A stretch of DNA of 64,000 nucleotides from an uncultured Nitrospirales bacterium (lineage in GTDB: Bacteria; UBA10199; JADGCS01). The stretch is from assembly GCA_964609965.1 (NCBI GenBank), contig CAZSTS010000001.1, positions 265,318-329,317 on the forward strand, read 5' to 3'. Shown piece after piece: positions 44,390 to 54,059 of the stretch. Below the pieces are notes generated by a model. It was not told where the DNA came from, made no database searches, and was given only the letters and a program-made list of their open reading frames with translations. The position numbers were made by a program, and so were the translations under genes. Positions within the stretch are counted from its first letter, which is position 1. Each line of letters starts with the position of its first letter.

Positions 44390-44442
44390 ATCCTAATCAC
44401 CCCTTGATCACATATTTCATTCCCTCTATTATTCCATAAACC

Positions 44443-45195
44443 ATGAAACCCTCACACACAAAACTCATTCTCATTCTCATTCTATTAACTCTATCACCCC
44501 TTTCCCTCGCCCAAACCACAGACCTCTCCAAGCTCACGGTCGATAATTTTAATCTGGAATATGAACGGATTCAAAGCTCATATGATACGATTGTGGAAAA
44601 CAATCCCAAAACGCTGATTCGAAAATTCAAACAAGCCAAAGGCAACCACCACTTTCGCTTTACACGTGAACAGACTCAATTGAAAAAGAAATATCTGACA
44701 TTGCGCAAAGAAAAACGATTCATCGATCCTATTCACCAACTCAAAATAGCGATGATCAATCAGTATAAAGAACATTCACCCTTAGACGAAATTGAACAAG
44801 CTGAAATTGATGCTGAAGCCACAACACTCGCATTAGGTCTCTTTAACGAGATCAAATCGCTGAAGAAAAAATACAAAAGCTTTTTTCTCCCTATTATTCA
44901 TAATGCCATGCTTGCTGTGAAACTTAAAAAACGCGGGGCCTGCAAACACTGGGCAGAAGATCTCTTAGAATATCTAAAACCCATTGAACGAAAATTCTTC
45001 GATGTCACCTGGGGCGAAGCCTATCCAGGCAAAGTCATGGAACACAATGTCGCTGTCATCATCCCCAAAAACCAACCATTCAAAACCGGCCTCTTCATCG
45101 ATCCTTGGAGAACAGGCGGCAACCCCTATTGGTTAAAAGTGACGAAAGACTCTCACTATAAATGGCAAATGTGGGAGAAATATGGGAGATATTGA
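44443..45195 (+). CDS. Secreted hypothetical protein
   Basis: Signal peptide (LILILILLTLSPLSLAQT). No family recognised. Confidence 0.5.
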   Translation: MKPSHTKLILILILLTLSPLSLAQTTDLSKLTVDNFNLEYERIQSSYDTIVENNPKTLIRKFKQAKGNHHFRFTREQTQLKKKYLTLRKEKRFIDPIHQLKIAMINQYKEHSPLDEIEQAEIDAEATTLALGLFNEIKSLKKKYKSFFLPIIHNAMLAVKLKKRGACKHWAEDLLEYLKPIERKFFDVTWGEAYPGKVMEHNVAVIIPKNQPFKTGLFIDPWRTGGNPYWLKVTKDSHYKWQMWEKYGRY

Positions 45196-45282
45196 ACCTA
45201 CGCACCTAAGCGCCTACGAGCCAACGCCAGAGAATTTCTTTGTTTTTCCGTAGGAGCATAGGTGCCTAGGATCGTAGGAGCA
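45196..45282. repeat. 7/8-nt phased pseudo-repeat forming a long imperfect hairpin
   Basis: Begins right after the stop codon. 45197-45218 (CCTACGCACCTAAGCGCCTACG) is about 19/22 complementary to 45249-45270 (CGTAGGAGCATAGGTGCCTAGG). TAG recurs every 8 nt. Confidence 0.8.
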
Positions 45283-45331
45283 TCGATCTAATCTTGCCAA
45301 ATCTAAAAAGGTTGTCTATGGTTTTCGTCAT

Positions 45332-46231
45332 ATGAAACCCATTAAAGCCAGAACATTTTTCGTCCAAAACCTCCTCATTGCCCTCTCCATCTGCTTTGCT
45401 ATTTTTGGACTCATACTTTCATCAAAATCTCTCATATTTTCAGACGCTGCCTGGGGCTATCTCAGCCAAGGTGATGTGAAGCACCCTATTATCCTTGGTA
45501 TTATACCTGTCTTAAGCCTGGCCACGTTTTTAAGTTATCTCTTTATTTACCTTAACTTTGAATTTTATGGCATTAAATCCGCTATTTATTCCACAGTGAG
45601 CCTCTGTGCAATCATGGCCTTGGGCTTTATTCTCTTAAAAATCTTTCCAAGCTACACCTTAAGCCCTCTCAAAAACCCAAATGACGAGGTCATCTTACAG
45701 TTTCTCACAATCCCAGACAAAATCATTATCGCTACCATAAGCGCTATTGCTGCTGGCTTCACAGTCGCTTTTATTGTTGCTGCCTCAATGAAAAAACTCA
45801 CACGCAATTACTTTATGTTCTTTCGTTTTCCCATAGCCTCTCTCGCGGGTTTTATCCTTATTGCCATTATCCACACATATTTTGAACATCTCACCCTTTT
45901 AGCCCCACACGCTTTATTCATCCAGATAGCCACACCAGTGGGTCAATACTTAGGACTCATTATTCTTTCACTTATCCCCTTGTATGTTTTTAGATTATTA
46001 TTAGGGATTTTTCGTGGCTGGTCAGATAAAGAAGACAAATCTCTCACTCAAACTAAATCTTCTCCAAAAAAAGAACCTGGCATGTTTAAGGGAGCTGATC
46101 CCGAAGAAGTTCTCCCACCACCACCAGAAAAAACAGAAGAAGAACCTCCAAAGGAAGCCAACGACAACATTCCCAAGGAACCCACAGTGTCCGAAAAAAT
46201 TAATATTGCAGACATCAAAACACACCCATGA
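45332..46231 (+). CDS. Polytopic membrane protein with Pro/Glu/Lys-rich C-terminal tail
   Basis: About 6 hydrophobic spans. Tail KEPGMFKGADPEEVLPPPPEKTEEEPPKEAND. Family not recognised. Confidence 0.5.
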   Translation: MKPIKARTFFVQNLLIALSICFAIFGLILSSKSLIFSDAAWGYLSQGDVKHPIILGIIPVLSLATFLSYLFIYLNFEFYGIKSAIYSTVSLCAIMALGFILLKIFPSYTLSPLKNPNDEVILQFLTIPDKIIIATISAIAAGFTVAFIVAASMKKLTRNYFMFFRFPIASLAGFILIAIIHTYFEHLTLLAPHALFIQIATPVGQYLGLIILSLIPLYVFRLLLGIFRGWSDKEDKSLTQTKSSPKKEPGMFKGADPEEVLPPPPEKTEEEPPKEANDNIPKEPTVSEKINIADIKTHP

Positions 46232-46902
46232 CCAAAATTTCACCAAAAGCCTTCTTCTTTGATTTTGACGGCGTTATCTGCGACAGCGAAAAGCTCCACA
46301 TGGTTGCCACGCAAGAAGCTATCAAAAGATTTTCAATAACATTTGCAGAAGAATATTATATTGAAAACCTCTTTGGTTTTGACGACAGGCTCTTGTTCGC
46401 CCATCTTTTTGAGATCAATAACAAAGACCTCACACCTCAAATGCTCGAAGAACTCATGGAGCATAAAAACGCCGTCTTCATGGATCTTCTTAAAACAAAT
46501 GCCGAATTCTTTCCAGGCGCCATTGAACTTATAATAAAACTTCACGCTTTAAAGATACCTCTAGCTGTTGTCTCAGGATCCTTAAGTCACGAAGTTAACG
46601 AATCACTTTCTCTGGCCAAAATTAAACAATACTTTGAATTTACTGTCTGCGCCGATGATGTTAAAAATGGAAAACCAGATCCCGAAAGCTATATCAAAGC
46701 ATTCGAAGGCATGAAAAAAACACATCCCACACTAAATCCTGCCGATTGTTTTGTACTCGAAGACTCACCCGTAGGCATTGAAGCTGCAAAAGGTGCTGGA
46801 TTAAGGACAATTGGAATTACGAACACGACTAAAGCCGATAATTTAAGAAATGCTGATTATGTGGTTGAAAAATATGAAGAAATCAAGCCTTCGAAAACTT
46901 AA
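46228..46902 (+). CDS. HAD-IA family hydrolase (beta-phosphoglucomutase/phosphatase-like)
   Basis: FFFDFDGVICDSE (DxDG motif I), VVSGS (motif II), KPDPESY and LEDSPVGIEAAKGAG (motifs III/IV). ATGA overlap with the upstream gene. Confidence 0.8.
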   Translation: MTKISPKAFFFDFDGVICDSEKLHMVATQEAIKRFSITFAEEYYIENLFGFDDRLLFAHLFEINNKDLTPQMLEELMEHKNAVFMDLLKTNAEFFPGAIELIIKLHALKIPLAVVSGSLSHEVNESLSLAKIKQYFEFTVCADDVKNGKPDPESYIKAFEGMKKTHPTLNPADCFVLEDSPVGIEAAKGAGLRTIGITNTTKADNLRNADYVVEKYEEIKPSKT

Positions 46903-49180
46903 ACACCAACCCATCTTTTTTAACAGCAATCACAACATTCCCACCTTTTTCTAATTTACCAAATAGGATTTCATCAGAAAGAGGTTTTTTGATTTCTTTG
47001 TGAATGAGACGAGCTAAAGGTCTGGCTCCCATTTTTTCGTCATAGCCATTATTAGCAAGCCAGGTTTTGGCCTTGTCTGTCACTTCGATCTCGACCTTTT
47101 TCTCAATAAGCTGAATCTCAATCTGACTCAAAAACTTATCGACAATATTCAGGACAACTTCCATGGGCAAGGCATTAAAGTACACAGTCCCACTTAATCT
47201 ATTACGAAACTCTGGACTAAAAATACGTTCGATCTCTTTTTTGCTATCAGAGGCAGAACTTTGCTTGATAATGCCGATAGATGTTTTTTGCATATCTCTA
47301 GCACCAGCATTTGTTGTCATGATCAAGATCACGTTTTTAAAATCTGTTTTGCGTCCGTTATTGTCAGTGAGAGTTCCATAATCCATGATTTGGAGAAGGA
47401 TGTTGAAGAGGTCTGGATGCGCCTTTTCGATCTCGTCCAAAAGCAAAACAGCGTGCGGCGTTTTATGGAGTGCATCTGTGAGAAGACCGCCTTGATCAAA
47501 TCCTACATAACCTGGAGGAGCACCGATAAGGCGAGAGACCGTGTGTTTTTCTTGATACTCACTCATGTCAAAACGCAAGAATTCAATCCCCATGATGCGA
47601 GCCAACTCTTTTGCAAGCTCAGTCTTACCAACTCCAGTGGGACCTGCTAAAAGAAAATTACCAATAGGTTTTCCTGGATCACCGAGCCCTGAACGCGACA
47701 TTTTTATAGCTGAAACAACTTCATCAATAGCATGGTTCTGACCAAACACGGTGAGCTTGAGATCTGCATCTAAAGATTTAAGATTAACCTTGTCGTCATG
47801 TGTGACTGTTCTCACAGGTACTCGCGCCATTTTTGCTACAATGGTCTCTATATCTTTTGGGCTAAGAGATTTTTTACGCTTACTGCCTTTTTTGAGCCGA
47901 TTAGCAGAACCTGCTTCATCAATCACATCAATGGCTTTATCAGGAAGTTTTTTATCATGAATGTAGCGAACCGAGAGATCCACAGCTGTCTTTAAAGACG
48001 CATCTGTGTATTTAACTGCGTGGTGTTTTTCGAACTGTGTTTTAAGACCTTGCAGAATCTTCACAGTCTCATCATGACTGGGTTCATTGATATCGAGTTT
48101 TTGAAAGCGGCGCGCCAAGGCATGGTCTTTTTCAAATATGCGTCTAAAATCTTCGAACGTTGTGGACCCAATGCACCTGAGCTCAGAACTCGTGAGTGAT
48201 GGTTTGAGGAGATTGGATGCATCCATGGTGCCACCAGAGGTGGACCCTGCCCCAATAATCGTGTGAATCTCATCAATAAAGAGCACAGAATTGTTCTTTT
48301 TCTTTAGTCTACTCACAACAGCCTTGAGTCGTTCTTCGAAATCCCCTCTAAACTTTGTTCCTGCCAAAAGTGCTCCCATGTCTAGAGCATAGATCAGCAT
48401 GTCTTTTAATATTTCTGGCACATCTTTGTTCACAACCTTCAACGCCAAGCCCTCAACAACAGCTGTTTTGCCAACACCTGCATCACCAACCAATATGGGA
48501 TTATTTTTTCCACGGCGACACAAGATTTGAACAATGCGTTCAATCTCTGCCATGCGACCGATGAGAGGATCAATTTTACCTTCGAGCGCTTTTTCGTTAA
48601 GATTGGTTGTGAATCGAGACAAAGGATCTTTTTTTGATTTTTCTTTTACTGTGCTTTCTTCTTCTACCTGGGCCTTGTGACTTGCCAACCTGGGACTTTC
48701 TGCAACACCCTCTTTAAGCATAGCTGGTTCTTTGTCATCTTCATCAAAATCTTCTGAGGTCATGCCATGAGACACGTATTCAACAACCATCAGACGTGTG
48801 ATCTCTTGTTTTTCTAAAAAATACACGGCATGCGATTCTTTTTCGCCAAAGAGAGCAATGAGCACGTGGTGAGGAAAAACTTGGTTATTGCCACTGCTTT
48901 GCACATGAAAAACAGCTCGTTGGATAACGCGCGAAAAACCCACTGTGGTTTGGAGTTCTGTGCGAGGACCTTCTGGCACCTTTGGAAGCTTTTCAATAAA
49001 ATCTGATAGGTCTTTTTCCAAAAGTTCTACATCTGCTTCACAGGCATCAAGAACTTTGATCACATCTTTATCTTCGAGGAGAGCAAAAAGAACATGCTCC
49101 AAAGTCACATACTCATGTCGCTTTTCTGCAGCCATGCCTAACGCTTTATTGAGAGCTGATTGTAGTTCTTGTGTAATCAT
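46883..49180 (-). CDS. clpA: ATP-dependent Clp protease ATP-binding subunit ClpA
   Basis: 765 aa. Clp N-domain, two AAA+ modules (GDAGVGKTA; GPTGVGKTE), no ClpB-type middle domain. Downstream of clpS. Confidence 0.9.
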   Translation of the reverse strand: MITQELQSALNKALGMAAEKRHEYVTLEHVLFALLEDKDVIKVLDACEADVELLEKDLSDFIEKLPKVPEGPRTELQTTVGFSRVIQRAVFHVQSSGNNQVFPHHVLIALFGEKESHAVYFLEKQEITRLMVVEYVSHGMTSEDFDEDDKEPAMLKEGVAESPRLASHKAQVEEESTVKEKSKKDPLSRFTTNLNEKALEGKIDPLIGRMAEIERIVQILCRRGKNNPILVGDAGVGKTAVVEGLALKVVNKDVPEILKDMLIYALDMGALLAGTKFRGDFEERLKAVVSRLKKKNNSVLFIDEIHTIIGAGSTSGGTMDASNLLKPSLTSSELRCIGSTTFEDFRRIFEKDHALARRFQKLDINEPSHDETVKILQGLKTQFEKHHAVKYTDASLKTAVDLSVRYIHDKKLPDKAIDVIDEAGSANRLKKGSKRKKSLSPKDIETIVAKMARVPVRTVTHDDKVNLKSLDADLKLTVFGQNHAIDEVVSAIKMSRSGLGDPGKPIGNFLLAGPTGVGKTELAKELARIMGIEFLRFDMSEYQEKHTVSRLIGAPPGYVGFDQGGLLTDALHKTPHAVLLLDEIEKAHPDLFNILLQIMDYGTLTDNNGRKTDFKNVILIMTTNAGARDMQKTSIGIIKQSSASDSKKEIERIFSPEFRNRLSGTVYFNALPMEVVLNIVDKFLSQIEIQLIEKKVEIEVTDKAKTWLANNGYDEKMGARPLARLIHKEIKKPLSDEILFGKLEKGGNVVIAVKKDGLVFKFSKA

Positions 49181-49181
49181 A

Positions 49182-49244
49182 TTGTACCTTGTAGCTAGTA
49201 GCTAGTAACTTGTATTTAACAATTATCTATCCACTATCGATAAA
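49182..49244. repeat. Heptad-phased pseudo-repeat filling the clpS-clpA junction
   Basis: CTTGTAG/CTAGTAG/CTAGTAA/CTTGTAT/TTAACAA/TTATCTA/TCCACTA/TCGATAA, read directly. Abuts the clpS stop. Confidence 0.8.
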
Positions 49245-49565
49245 TCACGCCTTTTCCATCGCACACTTCAAAGGCATGTCATTTTCTTTGGCATAGGCAT
49301 GGACTTGGGCGATTTTAGTGGTCGCCACATCATAAGGAAAAAGTCCACAATCGCCTCTGCCTTTATGATGCACATGAAGCATAATCCGATTGGCCTCGGC
49401 AAAAGTCTTGTGAAAAAACTTTTGCAGGCAATTAATCACAAAATCCATGGTTGTGTAATCATCATTGAGCATGATCACGCGGTACATGCTTGGCTCCTTC
49501 ACACGTGGTTTGGTGAGCGTACCTGCTTCTTCCTGTCCTTCATATTCTTCGTATTCTTCAGTCAT
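49245..49565 (-). CDS. clpS: ClpS adaptor protein
   Basis: YRVIMLNDDYTTMDFVINCLQKFF.....EANRIMLHVHHKGRGDCGLFPYDVATTK, the ClpS core. Confidence 0.9.
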   Translation of the reverse strand: MTEEYEEYEGQEEAGTLTKPRVKEPSMYRVIMLNDDYTTMDFVINCLQKFFHKTFAEANRIMLHVHHKGRGDCGLFPYDVATTKIAQVHAYAKENDMPLKCAMEKA

Positions 49566-49599
49566 ATTCCTCTACTTTCAACAAAGACTATTTTACATT

Positions 49600-49895
49600 A
49601 CCCCCCCTCATAAACTCAATATATTAGTTTTCCGCCCTCCCGGGTATTTTATGTTTATTCGCCCCTCATCCGGTCTTCAACTCACTACGTTCGCTCAGAC
49701 CACCTTCTCCCCAGCGGGGAGAAGGAGATTTTGCCCTCGCCCCTTTGGGGAGAGGGTGGTTCGAGTATAAACGAGAACCGGGTGAGGGGAGACAAAAAGA
49801 ACCTTTTTTTAAGACTAGATCCCTGTCTCCACAGGGATGACATGTTTGTTATTTGGAATTTGGAATTTGCTTGGAATTTGGGATTTGGGATTTTT
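49600..49895. repeat. Cluster of GC-rich REP-like hairpins plus an ATTTGGA heptad run
   Basis: CCTTCTCCCC-AGC-GGGGAGAAGG (49703-49725), ATCCCTGT-CTCC-ACAGGGAT (49820-49839) and ATTTGGA-type heptads (49851-49895). The track ORFs here look like translations of repeats. Confidence 0.7.
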
Positions 49896-49911
49896 CCCGT
49901 AAGCGCATCTT

Positions 49912-49927
49912 GGGCACAAACGTGCCC
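49912..49927. promoter_or_regulatory. 16-bp palindrome GGGCAC-AAAC-GTGCCC upstream of the 50011 gene
   Basis: Perfect 6+4+6 inverted repeat, one transition per arm away from the 27601 and 40343 copies, 84 nt before the ATG. Confidence 0.55.
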
Positions 49928-50010
49928 GTTATTTCACCCAATCTAGCAACAGATAGTGAAATACTCCGATGAGAGTAGTACTTGGGCGTAAATTAATTTG
50001 AGGAGTCTTT

Positions 50011-50772
50011 ATGTCAGCCGCCTTATGTTTAGAAGCAATCCACAGTGTAACAGCCGCATCGTTTGCAGGCTATGCTGGCATGAACCCAGGCGACCAAGCC
50101 ACAGCACTTCTAAGTGCTCATAGAGACATTTCTCAAATAACAAAGGAGCAAGGTGCCATGATCATTACAGGTCGAATGCTGGGACCACGAGGCATTGTTG
50201 GCCCTACTCTTCTTTTACTAAAACCAAATTGTGAAGTTGGCATAGGTGTTGTTCCTGTTGATGACTTTCCTTTACACATTGGATTCTACACTCAATCAGG
50301 ATCTCGCTTGACAAGCAGCTCTCTCCCAGGAAGAATGACGTTTGTCTCTCCAGGCCTTATCTCTGACGCAGCTGATCATTCCCACCCACATTTAAGAGCT
50401 GAGCAAGACCATCCATTAAGATCTCCTGATGCCAGAATTCCTTATTCAGTATTATTACAAATGCGTGTTAGTCAGGACCTACTTGTTTCTTCTGCAAGTG
50501 TATTTGGGGCATCTATGATAGATTCTGATCTACCACCACCTTTTAACATTGTACTCGAATCGCTCCCTTTTAGCCCTGATACAAAACTCAAATTGAGAGC
50601 TTCTGAACTCGAAACTGTCGCCGATCTTGTTAAACTTAGGCCCTTAGTTCTTATACAATCAGGTGTTTTTTCTCATAGCAATGTATCTGAAATACGTGAA
50701 ATCGTACACTCAGTTGGGCATCGATACGGAGTTGATGTGCATTTGGGGATGGAGGTTCCAGAGTGCCTCTAA
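50011..50772 (+). CDS. Hypothetical protein with a degenerate alpha-CTD-like (helix-hairpin-helix) C-terminus
   Basis: RBS GAGGAG. C-terminus LESLPFSPDTKLKLRASELETVADLVKLRPLVLIQSGVFSHSNVSEIREIV aligns loosely with the ELSVR..NI.YIGELVQ....L.....FG..SL.EI pattern but lacks the R265/N268 equivalents. Higher GC. Confidence 0.5.
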   Translation: MSAALCLEAIHSVTAASFAGYAGMNPGDQATALLSAHRDISQITKEQGAMIITGRMLGPRGIVGPTLLLLKPNCEVGIGVVPVDDFPLHIGFYTQSGSRLTSSSLPGRMTFVSPGLISDAADHSHPHLRAEQDHPLRSPDARIPYSVLLQMRVSQDLLVSSASVFGASMIDSDLPPPFNIVLESLPFSPDTKLKLRASELETVADLVKLRPLVLIQSGVFSHSNVSEIREIVHSVGHRYGVDVHLGMEVPECL

Positions 50773-51338
50773 ACAAACCCTATAATCTTTTCATGAATAG
50801 CTTCTATAGATAAGTTCTCATCAATTCTTAACAAAGGTTTGTCGATACTAAGAGCTTCATAAGCTTTAGTAATGGCTTTAAGATACCCATCATCTAACCC
50901 AATATCATCACATTTTTGATGCTCTGTTTTAGAATGTCTTTTCTGAATTTCGTCAGCATCAAGAGTCATGAATATAACTTTATGAGTAGCCTCACAGATA
51001 TTGTCACACATCATTTGAAAAGTCTTTGCTTGTGATTCGGTGATGTTATTGAAGATAGCTTCAACCTCAAACCACGCTTTGCCATCAAACCCACCTCTAT
51101 CAAATATAAAATAATCACATTTGTCCTCAAATTTGTAATATTCTTCTAATGTTTTAGAAATAAAAGTCGATATGTATTCAAGTCGGTTTTTAGAAGGAAT
51201 GATAATTGAACCTGCAACATCTCGATCATTTGTTGCCGCAACCTTATAACCTTTATTTTCGAGATGTTTTGTTAAAAGCTTAATTTGTGTTGTTTTCCCA
51301 GTTCGTGGAAGACCTAGGAATTCTATTATCTTGGGCAT
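50769..51338 (-). CDS. P-loop NTPase, nucleoside/nucleotide kinase-like
   Basis: Walker A GLPRTGKTTQIKLL at the N-terminus. About 190 aa, a size typical of dNK/thymidylate-kinase-like proteins. Family not resolved. Confidence 0.5.
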   Translation of the reverse strand: MPKIIEFLGLPRTGKTTQIKLLTKHLENKGYKVAATNDRDVAGSIIIPSKNRLEYISTFISKTLEEYYKFEDKCDYFIFDRGGFDGKAWFEVEAIFNNITESQAKTFQMMCDNICEATHKVIFMTLDADEIQKRHSKTEHQKCDDIGLDDGYLKAITKAYEALSIDKPLLRIDENLSIEAIHEKIIGFV

Positions 51339-51354
51339 AAAACCATCTCCTCTT

Positions 51355-51391
51355 CACATAGGCTCCTAGGAGCATAGGCGCGTAGGCTCGA
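51355..51391. repeat. 8-nt phased TAGG pseudo-repeat
   Basis: CATAGGCTCCTAGGAGCATAGGCGCGTAGGCTCG has TAG every 8 nt and includes the 12-bp palindrome GCTCCTAGGAGC. Abuts the stop of the 51392 gene. Confidence 0.8.
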
Positions 51392-52597
51392 TTAGTTCCC
51401 AACCAGCGCCCTCATAAACCCATCTCCCTCTAATGTCCCAAACACCCCTTCTTTCACAGATCGTTCATTGTATTCAGTTACTGCGTCTGGTTCTTCTCCA
51501 GGGCGATAGATGAGAAATGGGACAGCATTATGTGCGTGCGTGCGAGTCTCACATGGAGTGGGATGGTCTGGGAGAATAGCAATCGCCACAGGCTCTAACA
51601 TTTTTGTTGTTTCTTCTTTAATGTATTTTACAACACGCTCGTCAAGAGATTCGATTGTTTCCGTCTTGAGCTTTACATTACCCTCATGCCCTGCCTCATC
51701 ACTGGCCTCAATGTGGAGGTAGACGAGGTCGACATCTTTGAGCGCCTCAACAGCAGCCTTGGCCTTGCCTTCGTAATTTGTGTCATAAAGACCCGTAGCA
51801 CCTTTAACCTCTATCACCTTCATACCCGCATACTTGCCAATGCCTTTGATGAGATCGACGGCGGATATAACCGCTCCCTTTATACCATACAGTTCCTCAA
51901 ATGTTTTCATCTTGGGTTTATAACCTTGTGCCCATGGCCAAATACAATTTGCAGGATCTTTTCCTTTAAGCTGACGTTCAAGATTAATGGGATGGTCTTT
52001 TAATATTTCTTGAGATTCTAATATGAGATGATTGAGCAGAGCGGCAGTGTCTTTTCCTTCTCCGGTTTTTTCCCCAACCAAGACCTCTTCAAACAGCGTT
52101 CCTGGCATATCATGCGGTGGTGTGCATTCAATCTCGCTATTTCCATTTTTGATCACGAGAAGATGGCGATAGCTCACACCAGGATAGAATTTGATTTCAT
52201 CAGTGCCCAGTTTTTCATTTAAGAACTTGATAAGTACATGACTTTCTTCTGATGAGATATGCCCTGCTGAATGGTTTTTGATTTTTTCTTCTTCAATACA
52301 AATAAGATTGCATCTCATAGCAAGATCAGTGTCTTCTAATTTAACTCCCATGCTGGCGGCCTCAAGAACACCTCTGCCCTGATAGACTTCTTTAACATCA
52401 TAGCCCAAAACACCCAAGTTGGCGACTTCACTCCCAGCAGGCATGTCTTCGGGCACCGTGACAAGCCTACCTGTTTTGCCCTTAGCACAAAGCTCATCAA
52501 TATTTGGTTTATTCGCAACCATGAGAGGCGTCTTCCCTTCTAGTTCTTCATTAGGATAATCCGCCATTCCATCGCCTAAGATAATTATATGTTTCAT
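51392..52597 (-). CDS. Cofactor-independent phosphoglycerate mutase, archaeal-type (ApgM) / 'proposed homoserine kinase' family
   Basis: MKHIIILGDGMADYP....GKTPL..A..PN.D.L...G..G...TVPEDMPAGSEVANLGVLGYD. Adjacent to thrC, which fits the TIGR02535-type context as I recall it. Confidence 0.75.
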   Translation of the reverse strand: MKHIIILGDGMADYPNEELEGKTPLMVANKPNIDELCAKGKTGRLVTVPEDMPAGSEVANLGVLGYDVKEVYQGRGVLEAASMGVKLEDTDLAMRCNLICIEEEKIKNHSAGHISSEESHVLIKFLNEKLGTDEIKFYPGVSYRHLLVIKNGNSEIECTPPHDMPGTLFEEVLVGEKTGEGKDTAALLNHLILESQEILKDHPINLERQLKGKDPANCIWPWAQGYKPKMKTFEELYGIKGAVISAVDLIKGIGKYAGMKVIEVKGATGLYDTNYEGKAKAAVEALKDVDLVYLHIEASDEAGHEGNVKLKTETIESLDERVVKYIKEETTKMLEPVAIAILPDHPTPCETRTHAHNAVPFLIYRPGEEPDAVTEYNERSVKEGVFGTLEGDGFMRALVGN

Positions 52598-52610
52598 CTT
52601 CTAATGTAAT

Positions 52611-52679
52611 CACTAGCTACAAGCTACTAACTACTAGGTACATTATTTTCGTACCTAGTACCTAGTCGTTCGTACCTCG
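52611..52679. repeat. Heptad-phased pseudo-repeat / imperfect hairpin
   Basis: CACTAGC/TACAAGC/TACTAAC/TACTAGG ... GTACCTA/GTACCTA/GTCGTTC/GTACCTC. 52626-52641 is about 14/16 complementary to 52651-52666. Abuts the thrC stop. Confidence 0.8.
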
Positions 52680-54059
52680 TTATTTATATTTAGCACAAAG
52701 ATACTCTCTAAACTCGCTATATTTATTTTCCAACATCTCAAATGCCTCCTCCTTCTCCTCAATCCCCTCAAGACTAGGAGGCAATTCTGGATCGAATGAT
52801 AAAATCTCGCGAATCATCTCTGGAAACTTTGCTGGATGCGCTGTTTCTAATGACACAAAAACTTGTTCTTTTGAATTTTCTTCTGGATGATTTTTGAGAT
52901 ACTGCTCAAGCCCTGCCCAACCAGCAGCCCCATGAGGTTCTAAAAGAAGTTTATGATCTTGATAGGCCTTTTTTATTGTCTCTTTTGTTTGAGAATCCGA
53001 AATACTCACAGCGAACATGTCTTTATTCATTTGTGTGAGATCTGGTTTTTTAGAAACATGTCCCTGCTCATCCATGACCCCACCATAAAGCGCCACAACA
53101 CGAGCAAGATTGCTTGGATGCCCCACGTTCATTGCACTGGAGAGACAATTTTTTGAGGGGACAATCTTTTCATAAGTACCGGTGGACATGAATTTTGGAA
53201 ACTCATCATTCTCATTAGTCGCTATGATGAATTTTTTGATTGGCAGGCCCATGCGTTTTGCCAAAAGCCCACCCATCATATCTCCAAAGTTTCCTGATGG
53301 GATGGAAAAAATAATCTCATCACCAATCTTATCGACAAGATTCACGTACGCGTAAACATAATACACGATCTGTGGGATAAGTCGTCCTATATTAATAGAA
53401 TTTGCAGAAGAGAGATTGAGATCGTTAAGATCAGGATCCGTAAATGCCTCTTTAACTAATGTCTGACAATCATCAAACTTAGCATCAAGTGCAAGCACCT
53501 GGATATTCTTTCCAAGCGTAGTCATTTGCTTGCGCTGACGAGCTGTGACTTCACCTTTTGGAAACAAAACCACGACCTTGATACCATCCAAACCATAAAA
53601 CGCATTAGCAATAGCACTTCCTGTGTCACCCGAAGTAGCTGTGAGAATAAGAAGGTCTTTGCCATCTTGTTTAAGATAGTATTGCATGAGACGCCCCATC
53701 ATTCTAGCTGCAAAATCTTTGAATGATGCTGTGGGACCTTGATCAAGACGCATGACGTGTTTTTGATCGTAGATATTTTCGAGCGGCACTTCATAGTCAT
53801 AAGCATCTTGTACAAGATCGAATAATTCTTTATCGGGAATCTGTCCTTTGAGCATTTTCTTTCCTACGACAAAGGCTATTTCGTGATATTCTCTTTTTAT
53901 AAGATCTCGAAGCTCCTCTTCAGTAAAAGTAGGAATTTCTTCAGGCATGAACAGCCCTTTGTCTGGAGCAAGTCCCTTGATAAGAGCTTCTTTGAATGAA
54001 ACAGGTTTAGTTTTGAGATTTGTTGAGTAAAATAAGAGTGAATTCATCGAGCGAATCAT
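52680..54059 (-). CDS. thrC: Threonine synthase
   Basis: FYSTN.....SFKEALIKGLAPDKGLFMPE; PLP-lysine context GPTASFKDFAARMM; SGNFGD. ATGA overlap with the upstream gene. Confidence 0.9.
   Translation of the reverse strand: MIRSMNSLLFYSTNLKTKPVSFKEALIKGLAPDKGLFMPEEIPTFTEEELRDLIKREYHEIAFVVGKKMLKGQIPDKELFDLVQDAYDYEVPLENIYDQKHVMRLDQGPTASFKDFAARMMGRLMQYYLKQDGKDLLILTATSGDTGSAIANAFYGLDGIKVVVLFPKGEVTARQRKQMTTLGKNIQVLALDAKFDDCQTLVKEAFTDPDLNDLNLSSANSINIGRLIPQIVYYVYAYVNLVDKIGDEIIFSIPSGNFGDMMGGLLAKRMGLPIKKFIIATNENDEFPKFMSTGTYEKIVPSKNCLSSAMNVGHPSNLARVVALYGGVMDEQGHVSKKPDLTQMNKDMFAVSISDSQTKETIKKAYQDHKLLLEPHGAAGWAGLEQYLKNHPEENSKEQVFVSLETAHPAKFPEMIREILSFDPELPPSLEGIEEKEEAFEMLENKYSEFREYLCAKYK

Noticed and set aside
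49465-49946. Track ORFs 49465-49770 and 49731-49946 (and similarly 20220-20408, 42141-42435)
   Set aside because: They are composed of translated GC-rich hairpin repeats in intergenic DNA, with no RBS or coding-like composition.
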